Shown one piece after another: positions 1 through 12,844 of a stretch of 64,000 nt of DNA. Every line of letters starts with the position of its first letter. Positions within the stretch are counted from its first letter, which is position 1. The DNA lies in NCBI RefSeq assembly GCF_963506605.1, contig NC_083280.1:42532001-42596000 (forward strand). The letters run 5' to 3'. A program made the translations under genes and the position numbers. The notes under the pieces are model-generated. The model saw only the letters and a list, made by a program, of their open reading frames with translations, searched no databases and had not been told where the DNA came from. This DNA comes from Zootoca vivipara (taxonomy: Eukaryota).

Positions 1-1146
1 GTCCAACTAACTTTATAGGGTTAATGTGAGGGTAGGATGTTGTGGGGAGGGAGGGTGAGACATGGACTTGTGTTCCTAGCAGGAAACAAGGATAAACATG
101 CAAAATAAGCAAAGAAAGCATGTCGAGCCTGCTTGTCTGTTTGCTTAAGCTATTAACTACTTGTAACTATTTCATCGGTATTATTTCTGCTGGTGTTTTT
201 TTTATCATCTGTATTTTTTAATCTATGTTAATTTTGGCTTAATTAGGCTTAACACAATGCAGAATTCGTTCATTGCCCTGAAGACTGTTTATACTGGAAA
301 AGCAACATACACATTTTTTAAACAAATCATCATAAAAATAAAACGTGATGTGCCTCGTTCCAGAAGGAAGGAGGCCGGCCTGCTACTTCAGATGATAATC
401 CCAGAAAAACAGTTAAATGCTGAAAATAGGAGGCAATGATCGGAGAGGATTGTCAGATCTCTCTCCCAGCAACTCCCCTTCGAGGCATCCATCTCTTTGA
501 TGAAGTCTTGGCTTCAACAGTGATGTTCCCAGTTGACCATGGCAAAGAGGGTTCAGGCTGACACAGTGTGGTTAAAAAAAAAAGTTAAAACAAAACAGTA
601 CAGTATCCACCCAGCAGCAGCTCTTTTTGCTTCAGATTTCAGCATGACCAAAGGGCAGCTTATATTGCTGGTACTAACAAGATATACACAGGAGAGAGCT
701 GTCCAGAAAATGGTCAGAAATCAACACCTTTAACATCTCTCTTTAACACACATCATACGTGCTGGTGGCAAGTTGTTCCAGGGTAGAACACCATTTTTTT
801 CTCAACACACAAGACCAGGCAATTTGGATCATCAACTATGTATCTTGTGCATGATGTATGGGAGGCCGAGAACCACTTCACATGAGATATTTTCCCTCCA
901 TATTATATGGCTCCCAGCCATCCATAGGATCCTCTTCACATAGAAAATCAGTGCATGGATACAATCACAGTGGTTTCCACGATTATGCAGCAGCTTCAAA
1001 GTCCTGCTGTAGTCAACAAAATTGATCCTTGATGTAACTAACTTTGTACTTCCCCAAAAAAGCTATTAAAATATACTGCATTTTCCACCTTTTTATGAAT
1101 CCGACCTACTTGCTATTGTAAATGCATTACTGGCACTATATGTATA

Positions 1147-1610
1147 CAGGCATGTGATGAGAATAGAATTTGATCTTATTCTAAACACACAGATTAAAAA
1201 CAAGGATGCAAAAAATATATATCTAAAAGCTTAGAAAATACAACCATCAATTCATAGCAATCAAAGACATTATTTATTTTAAAATGTCATTTAGAACTCC
1301 TGCATAAGGAACTTCTGTACAAGAATATATGCCACTGCAGCTGACCAAGTTGAGAGGCATTTGGGATCCAAGGGGGTCACAGAACTTCACTGAATAATAT
1401 TGATTGTATTTTATTGATTGCACTGAGTTTCTCCATGTTTTTCTACATGTTGTTGCCATATGACTCTTACTACAATTGTGGAATCGGCCATCTGAAGTTT
1501 TTTTAATTGCACAGGTTCTGTGCAAGGTTGTGCTTCCTAAGCTTTTAGATTGTTGTAACCTTGCTTTCAAATCTTTTATAAGGTCAAATTCTATTATCAT
1601 CACATGCTTG
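1147..1610. mobile_element. Old non-autonomous TIR element (Tc1/mariner-like MITE)
   Basis: About 30-bp inverted repeats, GCATGTGATGAGAATAGAATTTGATCTTAT (1150) and ATAAGGTCAAATTCTATTATCATCACATGC (1578-1607); TA on the left flank. Confidence 0.65.
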
Positions 1611-2262
1611 CATAAATATTGCAAATGCATTTTTTGGCCCTATAGTTATTACGTTGACATTATAGAAAGGTGGAAAATACACTACTGTATATTATTTATT
1701 TATAGCTTTTTTTTAACCTTGATTTTTGTGTTGTTTATTTGTGGCATACAGACAGAGATATTTTCTTTCATTTCTGGTTTTTGTAGGAGTAGGCTGGAGC
1801 ATGTTTTGTTCCACTCCTGGACTAAGGACAAAACCAGGATGACTTGCACCTGTTGAGGAACCTTTCTCCAATGAACCAGTGATGGGTTTATAGAGAACCA
1901 GTGTGCCCAAAGCTTAACAGATGGTGGCTTGTCTTTTTGTCAAATACAAATCTATCATTTACAAACAAATGTACTCAACAGGAAGTTGAAGAGGAATTCC
2001 ACGACCTCTCATTCAGTCAGAGGAGACAAACCAGATCCTGACAATCTGTGTGACCCAACTCTATTACCTACTCATCTCCCCTTGGTGACTTTTTTTAAAA
2101 AAAACAGGGCCACATGCATAGCTGTCAATCAAGCCAATCAAGCCAATCCTCCTAATCCCTGTCCTTATGAACTCACACACCCCTCTTCTTGTTCCTTCAC
2201 TTTGACTTCACCCAATTGTCTGTAAGCTCCTAACACAATCTGCTTCCCATTTCCCCCTACAG

Positions 2263-2606
2263 TGGTGAAGATGCGCATCAAGGAGATCAAGAAAGAGAAT
2301 GGGGAGAGGCGATTGGTGGCTGCACAGAAGAAGAAGAAGCTGCTCAAAGTGGGGCCGTTGAAGCGCAAGGACACCAAGAAGCTGGTGCTGCACATGAAGA
2401 ACGCAGGTGCCTGCCCCTGCCCCCAGCTTGATGACCTCAGCGGCAGCTTTCTGGTGATGGGGCGAAAGGTGGGTGGGCGGTTGCTAGTCCTGGCCATTTA
2501 CCGCTGGGAGAAGAAGAATAAGGAGATGAAATTTGCTGTCAAATTCATGTTCTCCTACCCTTGTTCCATGCACTACCCCTTCTTCTATGGGGCAGACCCC
2601 CACTGA
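2263..2606 (+). CDS. SFRP5: Secreted frizzled-related protein 5, last coding exon (netrin/NTR domain C-terminus)
   Basis: Acceptor ttccccctacAG at 2261-2262. Translation VKMRIKEIKKENGERRLVAAQKKKKLLK...CPCPQLD...YRWEKKNKEMKFAVKFMFSYPC..YPFFYGADPH* matches the SFRP5 C-terminus. Upstream exons were not seen in the window. Confidence 0.96.
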
Positions 2607-3424
2607 ATCCCCACTCATTCCAAGAACCCTGCTCACTCTTCTTCACAGCACTCCCCACACTTTTTGGTTCCCCACTCCTAGTCCACAGAATACCCTTTTT
2701 TCTATGGGCTGACCGACACAAAGCCACATACTGTTGGGAACCCATCCCTGCAACAGGACTCTTTCTTCTAAAGCACAAACTCCATTAGAACCAGCTCCGT
2801 TAAGTTCCAGATCAGAGTTCTGCCCATCTTGGATGCTTTGGAGAACATGCAGAAATCCACCTCATTCCCAACACACCTTCACCAGAAGAATAAGTCTTAG
2901 CCCCTGCAAGCAAACATCTCTTATCAATCCCAGTATACCCAAGATCCAATAGAGGCTGAATCACACAGAATTTTAGTTGCAACCTTTCGTGGAACATTGA
3001 AGGAAAATCCCAGGCCATTCTTAATTCCTACTAGTGAGAAGCCAAAGATTTTGAAACATTATGAGCAGGGCGACCAATGCTTTCCAATTGCAACCCTTCA
3101 TTTTCATAGTGCATTGAACGACTTAGCCCACTAGATATTGTCAGACTCCAAATCCCACATCCCCAGCTAGCAAACCTAATGGGCAGGGATGATGAGTGCT
3201 GTGGTCCAGCAACATCTGGAGAGTCTAGGGTCCCCATCCCATCCCTGACCTAGTAGGAGTTGGCCAGGCGCAGTATGAAGCTCTAAACATCTCAGACTGC
3301 CAGACACCAGATGCGTTGTACAAGCTACAATGTCCCAACTACATAATACTTCACTGAACTGACAATCCCCAGTTCTGGCCTCCTCTCCTAGGTTCTGCAT
3401 AGCAAATTCTCAAGCCATGTAGAG

Positions 3425-3560
3425 CAGGCATCCCCAAACTTTGGCCCTCCAGATGTTTTGGACTACAATTCCCATCATCCCTGACCACTGGTCCTGTTAG
3501 CTAGGGATTATGGGAGTTGTAGGCCAAAACATCTGGAGGGCCGCAGTTTGGGGGTACCTG
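3425..3560. mobile_element. Palindromic hAT-type MITE
   Basis: Long TIRs with the gactacaa(t/c)tcccatcatc core; 8-bp TSD ATGTAGAG/ATGTAGAA. Confidence 0.85.
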
Positions 3561-4815
3561 ATGTAGAACCTTAAGCAGACACTAAGCAAGGTCTCCCTAG
3601 AAGGCTCCCCCAATTTCCAGCTCTCATGGCCATTGGCTACTACTCTGGCTGGGGCTGATGAGAGTTGTTGTCCAAGTTGCAGGAGGCTGCTGGTCTGTTA
3701 TATGAATATGATGCTTGAAGGCAGGTGACACCCCTCAACTGAAAAGTCCAGCAGTTATTCCGTCATGACATGGTCATTATTGCATCGGCATCTTTTGAGG
3801 CAGAGATCTGTACAGCATCCTTAAACATTGTGGGGCAGATCCACCCCAGAGATTTTGAACATATTCAACACACATCCAAAGCACAAAACTTCCTCTTTCC
3901 CCCCCCCAAAAAAAAATTCCTGGGAACTGTATTTTGTTAAGGGGACTGGGAATTGTAGCTGTATGAGGGTGAAACAATGATTCTCATGATTATTCGGGGA
4001 GGTCATGTGCTTTAAACGTGCACTGAATGTGCTTTGAATGTATGGTGGGGATCTGCATGTGGCAATACCAAGCAAGGTATGAGGCATTCACTCTGCCTGA
4101 GGCATTCATGGTCCCTTACAGAGTAATAGACATCAAGCGGTCTATAGGTTTAATTGTTCAAGACCACTTGTAATTGGGGATGGACGGACCACTTTGCTAT
4201 ATGAAGCCGTTTATGTGAAGTTTCACTGAAAAATATGCCCATCACCAATTCCGTCTCCTTCCCCTCTCCATGTTGACTTGCCTATGTGGCTTGTAGAAAT
4301 ATAATGACTATACCAAGTAGGTTAGTGCCCCAACCCTGGAGGAGCACATCGGACCCGTGCGTGCACCAGTGAGGAACCAAAGCACCAACTGGGCCTGCCA
4401 GGTGGCTGTGTCCACCACACAGGATGCCAGACCACCAACTGAGCCTGCCCGACAGATGGCAAACACAGGGCGAATGTGTCTCCCTGGGGCCCTTCCATCT
4501 GGCAGTTTTCCAGACTCCTGAATGGTCAAGACCAGCTGGCAAGTTAATCCTGGAGCGAATATTTATAGCATCAGCACTGCCAGTTTCACCGCTCCCCACA
4601 CCAGCTGTGGGGTGGGGGGGGCTGCCCAACACAAAGCAAGCTGTAGGAACTGAGCCTGGCTCCCACACACAGAGGGGTTTTTCACAGGGGCTCATTCCCA
4701 GCCAAAGTTTGCTGAGGAAGAGAGGGTGGTAAGCTGAGGAGCTCTTGAAAGAACCTCTCTTCCACTCAGGGAATCCTCCGCCCTTGGATTTTCCAGATGC
4801 AAATCATACAGCATG

Positions 4816-4816
<1 letters not shown>

Positions 4817-4854
<38 letters not shown>
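4817..4854. repeat. (CA)n microsatellite
   Basis: Direct reading. Confidence 0.95.
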
Positions 4855-4855
<1 letters not shown>

Positions 4856-7800
4856 CTTACTATTGAGTTCATGGTTTTTGGCCACAACTGCGTGTCGTGA
4901 CTCACTTTTCCCTGCACACTACTGAGAGGATGTTGTTGAAGATTCAACCACCAGTTCAATCGGTTTTTGTACACTGAAGTGGTGGTGGTCTGGTGTTGCC
5001 ATCTTGTCCTTTGCCTCAAACCGCTAAGTGTCTTTGGCTAGCCTTGCCTTTTGTCGCGGCAAACTTGCCATCCCGCTGGAGGATGCTGAGGGAAAACGAC
5101 TGGGCTGGTAACTTCTCACAGACCGTCCCCTCAAAAATGTGAGCTATTTTGTTCCCACTAGGACTTCAATCAATCCCCTTCAGGTTGTGAACTGGGATAT
5201 ATTTACAAGCTAGGCCATTCCCCACTGTTCTTACATTTTTATTTATATGGCCTGCACATCACTTGGGCACTGACAGATTCTCATGGCACCTGACAGCTTC
5301 AGAGCCATCATTGCTTGACTTCAGGGGAAGAATGCAAACACCGCTAGCTCCGTAAATACTACTCTTCTGTGACTTACGAAAGGAACACTTTCCACTTCTT
5401 TGCATCAGATCACAGAGAGGGATTAACAGTGCATTTACTTTTGTCCAAGAATTCCGTGCTACATCCAATTAGCAAATTAGGTAGAAAATAAAGTGCCCAC
5501 CTGATCAACATATACATGGGACTAGTCCTCAAGGCCTTAGCAACCTGAAACATTTCTTTACTGGCCCAGGTCCACTGAGTAGAAGCATCCCTAGTTTGGT
5601 GTTACTCAAGAGTTGCGTTTGTTCATGGAGCACAGCCTTTTATTAAAAATACCATACCTGGGGATGCGGTCATCTGCATTCAATTTCCTTCACTGAAAAT
5701 GCCATTTTAAGCTATTAAATTTGGCCCATTTTTTTTTAAAGAAAACAGGTCTGCCATCTTCTATCCTGTCCAATATCCACTCTAATAAATCCCATAGAAC
5801 TTGTCCTGACCACCATCTTGCCTGCTTGGTTTTGCCACCATATAGCTTAAATTTTCATTGACCCTTGTTTCATCTCGGGGACATGCATGCAGAACTTAAG
5901 ACAGCTCTTGCTCTTGCTGTCATTCAGGATATTTTCATTATTTTTATACATTTCAAGTCTTTCATTTAAAGTGTTCCAACTTCATTTCATGAGGTGATTT
6001 ATTTATTTTTATGAATCTTTCACAAAATGAAGCTGGAGCACTCATGTTGTAGCATCTGCATAGCATTTCCAGCTCAGCCAAGTATTCATAAAATATTTAT
6101 TTTCTGCTTATGGCAGATCCAAATTCAAAATTAATTCCCATTGATATCATAACTAACTTGCCCCATTGATTTCAGCGGGAACTAGGTCTGGCCCAGCCTC
6201 AATGTTTTGAGTCATATGCTGTATTCATGCTGCATTTATTTCATGTCAAGGTCTTCAGGGACACTGAATTCTGGCATCATTGTTGTGTTTAGAGTACTGC
6301 CATTATCATTCTGGTAACGGCAGGCTTTAATCATGAATGTAGCACTCCATTTTCAGTTCCCCTGAAAATCAATGAGAAAGCTAAGCAAGTTCTTCTGCCT
6401 CAAATTTGCTTGCAAAAGCCAACTTATACATTCCGCTCATTTGACTTTTATCTCAACATTATTATTTATGGAAACTTGTGGATTTCTTAAAAAGGCACTG
6501 GGTTTATCAAATTAATATTAATTTTATTCAGAAGCATCCTTCATAATTTAATTTGAAACAACACTTCCTTTTGATGCAGAAATACTAATAAGGCACAGGA
6601 AATTACCTGCAACTTTAGCGTCTGATTTCATTGCAGCACTAAAGTCCCCTCTTCACATCCCTCACTCCCATGTCCATACAGGCCCTGTTAAGAGTTCCCC
6701 CACAGCAGCACAGTGGTTCTTGGGTCTAGCTTGCAGCACTGCCACATCCTTACATCTGCGATCACACAGCAATAAATAGAACAAAAGCTTTTGCATTATC
6801 TTAGCGGGAGAGTCTGCCAAGATCTCTCAATATACCGGAAGCTGCCTATTGAGCCACAACCGCTGCACTCTTTATCATATGCTCAGTTCTGTATGAAAAC
6901 CGCCATCTAGTGAAGCTTAAAATGTCACACTGCGCTAACAATACAGGAAATTTTAAGAAATACTGTTTATTGAGCGAGTATTGGGAGTACCATCTCCACA
7001 ATGTTATATTTTGGACCCGAGTTGGGTTTTTTTGTACTGTTTAAAGAACTATTTCAGCTGTTTTTACTGTATGTCTGTGAGCTGCTTTGAGAGACATGTT
7101 AACAAGCAATTTATAAAGTTAATAATACAGCTGCACCAGGTCGGCTAATTGCTCCTGAAGAATCATCCTGCTCAGGCTGAAGACCAAGTTCCACCAGTTG
7201 CAGGAGGGTGGCTTCTCAATTGTGCAAGAGCCAACGAGCTGTTAGCATCCTGCCATGTGGCGCTTTGTCCTCTTGCACATTACCAACCTTATGATGGGGA
7301 GGTGGCAGCCGCATGCTATGACCAGGCAACATGGAGGACCAGCTCTCCGTGCGGTTGCACTTTGAAACTCTACAAGGAGCCGCCGTACCAAAATATAAAA
7401 TAAAACAAGTCATCTCAATCCGTGTTATACCTGTGTAAAATGCCGCCGATATCTGGCCTTTGGGAGTAAGCTATAGAATCTCAAGCCTTGCTGTAAGTAC
7501 CAGAAGGGAACCGAGGAGGATGCGATTCTAAACACAAGGAACATTGTGTGAACTTTAGCTAACAAGGAAGCCTTGTTCTTTCTTTCTATAATCCTTTCTC
7601 CTCACTCATTGTACCCATGACAGAACCTGACCTTCTCCCTAAGGTTATTTCCAAGAGCAGCGACTGTGTTCGTTTGCCAAGGATGGTTTATTTCATACTA
7701 GAATTCAAATAAATCACCAGTGACATTTCAGCCCCAGATTTAAGCACCAGCAAGCTGTGACATGGCACTGAGGAGTCTGTCCATGCTTTTTCCTGCTAAG

Positions 7801-8594
7801 ATGGTTGAGGGGAAAGCAGAGGCTACACCACAACTCAATATTCAAAACCATCCACAAGAGAATGTTGTTTTAACCTCCCTTTACAGATTACCTTAAAGAA
7901 GCACCATATTTCCCTACACCTGCTCTACTTACACATACAACCAACCAGCAAGCAGTACAGAGCGAAGGATCTGTCAATTTCATTCTCTCAGTTTCTCTTA
8001 TTTCCTATCTTAGTTCTTCGCATTGCAGCAATTTGCAATTTTTTAAAAATCCTCATGAAAATTCACCAGCCTTTTAGTGCACATTTCTCTGAATAGACGT
8101 GTTGTTATATGCAATTTTGACTTGTGTACACATTTTTGCAAGCAATTTCCCCTAACATAATGTAATTTTCTATGCTATTTTCACAAATAACTTCATTTTT
8201 CACACACAAATATGTGCATTTCTGTAAACATCGCTTGGCTGGAGAACTGCATCACAAAATTTGGCTAAGTGTGAATTTCAAAGGATTGCTGACTTTCAGT
8301 TCACGAATTGTTTTGGAAAGTGTTGATTTGATACCATTTGGCTTCAGATACATACCGAACTGAACTTCTCCTCCATCCCTAGCAAACAGGAAGAAAGTTA
8401 GCCAAGGCCCATCACTCACACGGAGGGTGAACATCTGATGTGGGGAGACCCCTGTACTTGCAGAGCCTCCCTGCACAATTTTAAAGCTATTTAAGCTACC
8501 AGCCATCACATCTGTGATGAATTCCAGGAGCTGTATTCTATATCGTGTGAAAAGGTACCTTTTGTTTGTCCTGAATCCATTTCCAGTCTGGTTT

Positions 8595-8944
8595 CAGGGG
8601 CGTAGCCAGGATCAAAATTAGGGGGGGCAAGGGGCGGGAGGGGAGGGGCCACAGCGGAAATGTGGGCGGGGCCACGTGGCCTGCGCCTCCTAGGTCTTCG
8701 GAGGAGGCGGCCCCAGGCTCGCGTTCCCTGCGCGACTCTGGAGCTTCGCGCCGGGAGCAGTAGCCTGGGGCCGCGGCCTCCGAAGACCTGGGAGGCGCGG
8801 AGGAGGCAGCCACAGGCTCGCGTTCCCTGCGCGACTCTGGAGCTTCGCGCTGGGAGCGGGAGCCTGGGGCTGCCACACTGCGCCCCTCAGCCTTTGCTTC
8901 TAGGGGGGGCAATTGCCCCCTCCTGCCCCCTGCCTACGCCCATG
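8595..8944. mobile_element. hAT MITE (CAGGGGCGTAGCC TIR family) with CpG-rich internal duplication
   Basis: TIR CAGGGGCGTAG...CTACGCCCATG; perfect 8-bp TSD TCTGGTTT. Confidence 0.88.
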
Positions 8945-9469
8945 TCTGGTTTTGTATCTCTTTGTGTTCCTGCCCCTCACCCCACCCCCAATTTAAAAAG
9001 CTTCACCCCAAAGAGCTGGAAAATGAGTTGCCATGCACTCCCAGTACACCTCCCCACTTACTGTGGTCCAGTTTGCAACATTAGTCCATCTTTACACATT
9101 GTACGGGAACTTGGCCAACATCCATGCCTCCTCTACAGCTCTCCATCCCACTTGCCTCAATAGACTATAGCCTGTATGTATTTCTCAAAACACAGTGGTC
9201 TGGTTTTTTTTTTTTGTTTTGTTTAGATCCCGACATCCTGTATGCTCCACTCTCCCTTCTTCTGCCCTGCTGCCCCCAGATACCTCATCTAATCTTCTCC
9301 ATCTAGCACCCCCTGGATTTGATTATTTCACCTTGCAGATACACTCCTAAGGCTCGTTTCCACAGCAAGCTTTATGCATAACTAGGACCCCTGTTGCCCA
9401 TTCCGCCTTCATCACATCAAAAGCCATTTCAGATACTAGGAGCACTGGCTCCACTTGCCAAGGACACTA

Positions 9470-9475
9470 TTTATT
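9470..9475 (-). terminator. Probable ZFYVE27 polyadenylation signal
   Basis: AATAAA on the minus strand about 850 nt after the stop, in an AT-rich terminal 3'UTR tract. Confidence 0.5.
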
Positions 9476-10326
9476 GCTCATATATATATTTATTTATTTA
9501 TATATATGCATGTGTGTGTGTGTAAGTCTGCTAGAGAGCAGCAAAAATAAAAACAAAACTCTTCTCTCCTGTAAGAAGGATCCACATCGCAGGGCAATTG
9601 CCTCAATCCTCCAGATGGGCTTTGTGATGAACTCCCATTGGCTGCAGTAGCTTCTGCTCCCTCCAACACAGCAAAGCATCAAAGGGAAGGACAATGCCAG
9701 TTCCAGATTGGGCCAGACTGAAGAGCTTTGGCTAAAAGCTATCTAGAAAGAGCAAAGTCAATGGTGGGGAGGGAAGAGATGCCATCCATATCTGACACAG
9801 GGAGAGGAAACAGGTCCAGCTGCATAACACAATCAGCCCTGCTTGGGGCAACACACGTCTGCCTTCTTTACACAGCAGAGCCAACTTACAGATGCCACCC
9901 AGAGGAAGACCCAGCTTCCCCTTCCAAACACGCAGCATCTCGCTCAGTAGTGAAACACAAAACACAGGTGCCTGGCAGTCCAAGTACCATGAGCCACCTT
10001 GCGAGGTGAGGAAGGCCAGCTTCCTGATAGGGAAAATGGGGGCAAAGGACTTTTTTGCTTCTGGGTCGAGGAAGGAGGGAAGCGCCTACAGTAGTCTAGT
10101 GCACGAGTCTCCTACTATGCTGTTAATCATGAGTGCAGGACCTCTCACCAGCTGCTCACAGAGGGAGGGGCACACGTGGCAACTGCACCAGCCCCTCTCC
10201 TATTAGATAAGACAGGGAAGAGTGGAAGAGTGCAGTGTGCTGTTGCTTCGCTCCCCGCAAGTATCGGCAAATACGGGGCGAGACGCAGAGCGAATTCCGC
10301 AGAGGGCAGGGCTCCAGATCGGCTTC

Positions 10327-10391
10327 TCACTTGACGAGCGCTTGGTTGCACTGCCCGCAGACAAAGACGGTCTCCCGCTGGGCATCAGGGG
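10327..10391 (-). CDS. ZFYVE27: Protrudin last coding exon
   Basis: APDAQRETVFVCGQCNQALVK*. All 12 exons sum to 1248 nt = 415 aa + stop. Confidence 0.94.
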
Positions 10392-10680
10392 CTGCAGTAG
10401 AAAGCACCAATCAGAGACTCAGGGCCCACCAAGTGGACTGTGCAGCTTTCCACCCACAGAACCCAACAAGCCTTCACTTGCCCTCAGACACACACCCCAA
10501 GAGAGAGAGAAAGCTTCTGTGTCCTCTGCTATCTCCCCACTGTAGCATTCATTAGAAACAGTGAGAATTACACCAAGCCATTCCCCCAGAAGGGAAACAG
10601 CAAGCGCACAAAGAAGGAGGAGCCGACTCCCCAGCTGCCTGCCAGAAAGGCCATCTCTCGCTCTCCCACTCCTCACTCAC

Positions 10681-10762
10681 CTGTAGCCCCCATGTAGCTC
10701 TTGGGAACTTTGAAGGAACAGCACCTGGAGCAGAAACTGTTCCCACAGTTGCTGCAGCTCCG
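10681..10762 (-). CDS. ZFYVE27: Protrudin coding exon 11 (82 nt, FYVE)
   Basis: RSCSNCGNSFCSRCCSFKVPKSYMGAT; ctccAG / GTGAGT. Confidence 0.94.
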
Positions 10763-10946
10763 CTGGAGGGAAGGAAAGAGAGACAAACACAGCTATAGGA
10801 ACAAGGTCCTAGGAAGCCATTCCTTCAAATGCAAGGATTCAAGGAGGTCAATCACTGCTGACCAGAGGTCAGGCTTGAGATCCACAAGGCAGAGCAGCAG
10901 GAAATGGGAAAGGAGTGGTTGGGGGCATGCTGGGCCAGAGACTCAC

Positions 10947-10993
10947 CCTCTTCTTTAACACAGAGAAAGTGGCTGAACAGCTTGCACAGTTCC
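10947..10993 (-). CDS. ZFYVE27: Protrudin coding exon 10 (47 nt, FYVE start)
   Basis: GNCASCSATFSVLKKR; ccgcAG / GTGAGT. Confidence 0.93.
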
Positions 10994-12000
10994 CTGCGGA
11001 AAATCAGAGAAGAAACCTGTAACGGTCAAACCTGGTGCCTCTTCTTCCTCCACCAAATTGCATAGAAATATTGCCCTGCCCACAGTCCTTTCCTACTAAA
11101 AGGCCCAGCACAACCTGCTGCCCCACTAGACAGTCCAGGAGGCTCATCCAGGTGGGACCACGTGCCAAGAGGGCATCCCACTGAGGGCTATCTTCAGGAC
11201 CCTTGATCCGAGGAGATTTGAAATGGGTCCACACACTGCACCTCCCAGGTGATGTCAATCCTCCACGCCGCAAAGTTGTGCCAAGAGCAGAGGTGGCCGT
11301 AACCCGTATAAATGTGGAATTTGGCATCATCAGGATGAGATTCCAGCGTGGCATAAGTGATCAAGTGCTAGACTTGGAACAGGAACAAAGACTTGGGCCT
11401 GATACAACTAACCACTCAGCTTCACTAAGTAGGCTTGCTCATATCTCTCTCAGGGCAGAATGACATGTTACACTGGCAAGTAGGAACTCACAAGTCCAGT
11501 TTCCGGAGGTTATGAAAAAAAGGGAGTTAAGGGGCTATTTGTAAAAATGTTAGCGCTTAACCCCACCCCACCCGCACCTTGCCTGTAAAATTATTCCTCT
11601 GCAACAATATTTCACAATCCGAAGTGACCTCAGCTCACATATTTTTAAAGCTCCAAGGACATACAGCCCTGGGAACAATGGCATGTTTCTGGCATCTAAC
11701 ATCAGGCAGGCCTCCTCTGTGGCAGCAACTGGGCCAGAGTCTTCCCATTCTGCCAATCTTCTCCACCCCCCTTCCACAACCTGGTGCCCCCCAGATGTTT
11801 TGGACTACAGCCCCATTAGCCCAAACCATCAAGACCATGCTGGTTGGAGCTGCAGGCTAAAGCATCTGAAGGGCACCAGCTTTCCTCACCAGGTTGAGGA
11901 AAGCTCATCCACACAGTTCCCCGCTTCAGTCCCAACAAGACACATGTCCCACTGCACCATCCACTCTTGCCACTTCCACACACCCTCCCAAATCCTGTAC

Positions 12001-12148
12001 CGAGATTGTTGGTTGGGTAGCGCTTCCGCAGCCGCTCCGTCAGCCGTGACACCCTGCTGCGAATCACCTCGTTCTTGCTCATCATGAAGGGGTTGTCAGG
12101 AAGGCCCATGTCGAATTCCGCTGAGCAGTGGGAGACGTCATCATCCTC
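12001..12148 (-). CDS. ZFYVE27: Protrudin coding exon 9 (148 nt, coiled coil)
   Basis: EDDDVSHC...SKNEVIRSRVSRLTERLRKRYPTNNL; cccAG / GTACAG. Confidence 0.94.
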
Positions 12149-12453
12149 CTGGGAAGGTGGAGAGGGAAGCATGTCAAGGAGCAGCCGGTTCACACAGTGC
12201 CTACTCTGGGGGCAGGAGGACAAGGGCGCACGGGGGGCACCGCCCACAGACAAAGCACTGAAGACAAGGAAAGGCTGGGCCAACCGTGGGCAACACACAA
12301 AATGCCGAGCTGGTGGAAGGGTTGCAGCCAGGTTTCCAGCTTGGGAAGGTGGGCACAATCAGGGCAAAGAACACGGCAAAGACATCAACTTTGCATGAGC
12401 AACTGAAGTGAGTTTTGGCTCAAAGGGCAGGGTGGCCCAGCTCCCGCACTCAC

Positions 12454-12474
12454 CATTACTAGCAGCTGGGTCTC
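12454..12474 (-). CDS. ZFYVE27: Protrudin 21-nt alternative microexon (exon L equivalent), ETQLLVM
   Basis: Polypyrimidine tract, then TGCTGC, then gggagcAG|GAGACCCAGCTGCTAGTAATG|GTGAGT. Frame-preserving; resembles mammalian ETHLVVL. Confidence 0.87.
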
Positions 12475-12772
12475 CTGCTCCCGCAGCAAAGAGAAAAGAC
12501 AAGAGATGATGTCCAGAAGAGCCCAGCCCAAGCTGGGCTGGGTGTGCCCATAAAAGGTGTACCCAAAGCACACTGTCTAAAGTCCCCTATTTCTCTCTCT
12601 TTCCCATACCAAAATGTTCACTGCATCACAGACATGGACTCTGATGTGCTGCCCTTAAGTGACAGGATGACGGGCGCCCCCTTAAACTTGCTGGCCTAGC
12701 AACATCACCTGACTCCACCACAGCACAGCACAGATCAGTCCAAGCCCTAGGAGGCTCTCTCAGGGCACATAC

Positions 12773-12844
12773 CTCAATAGCATCCTTGAATTCATCATCA
12801 GGCTCTGCCTCCTCTGCTTCCTCCACACTGCCAGGGGTCAAATC
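12773..12844 (-). CDS. ZFYVE27: Protrudin coding exon 7 (72 nt, FFAT motif EFKDAIE)
   Basis: DLTPGSVEEAEEAEPDDEFKDAIE; catAG / GTATGT. Confidence 0.95.

Noticed and set aside
8538-9163. 124-167-aa ORFs with internal repeats
   Set aside because: They arise from the duplicated core of the hAT MITE.
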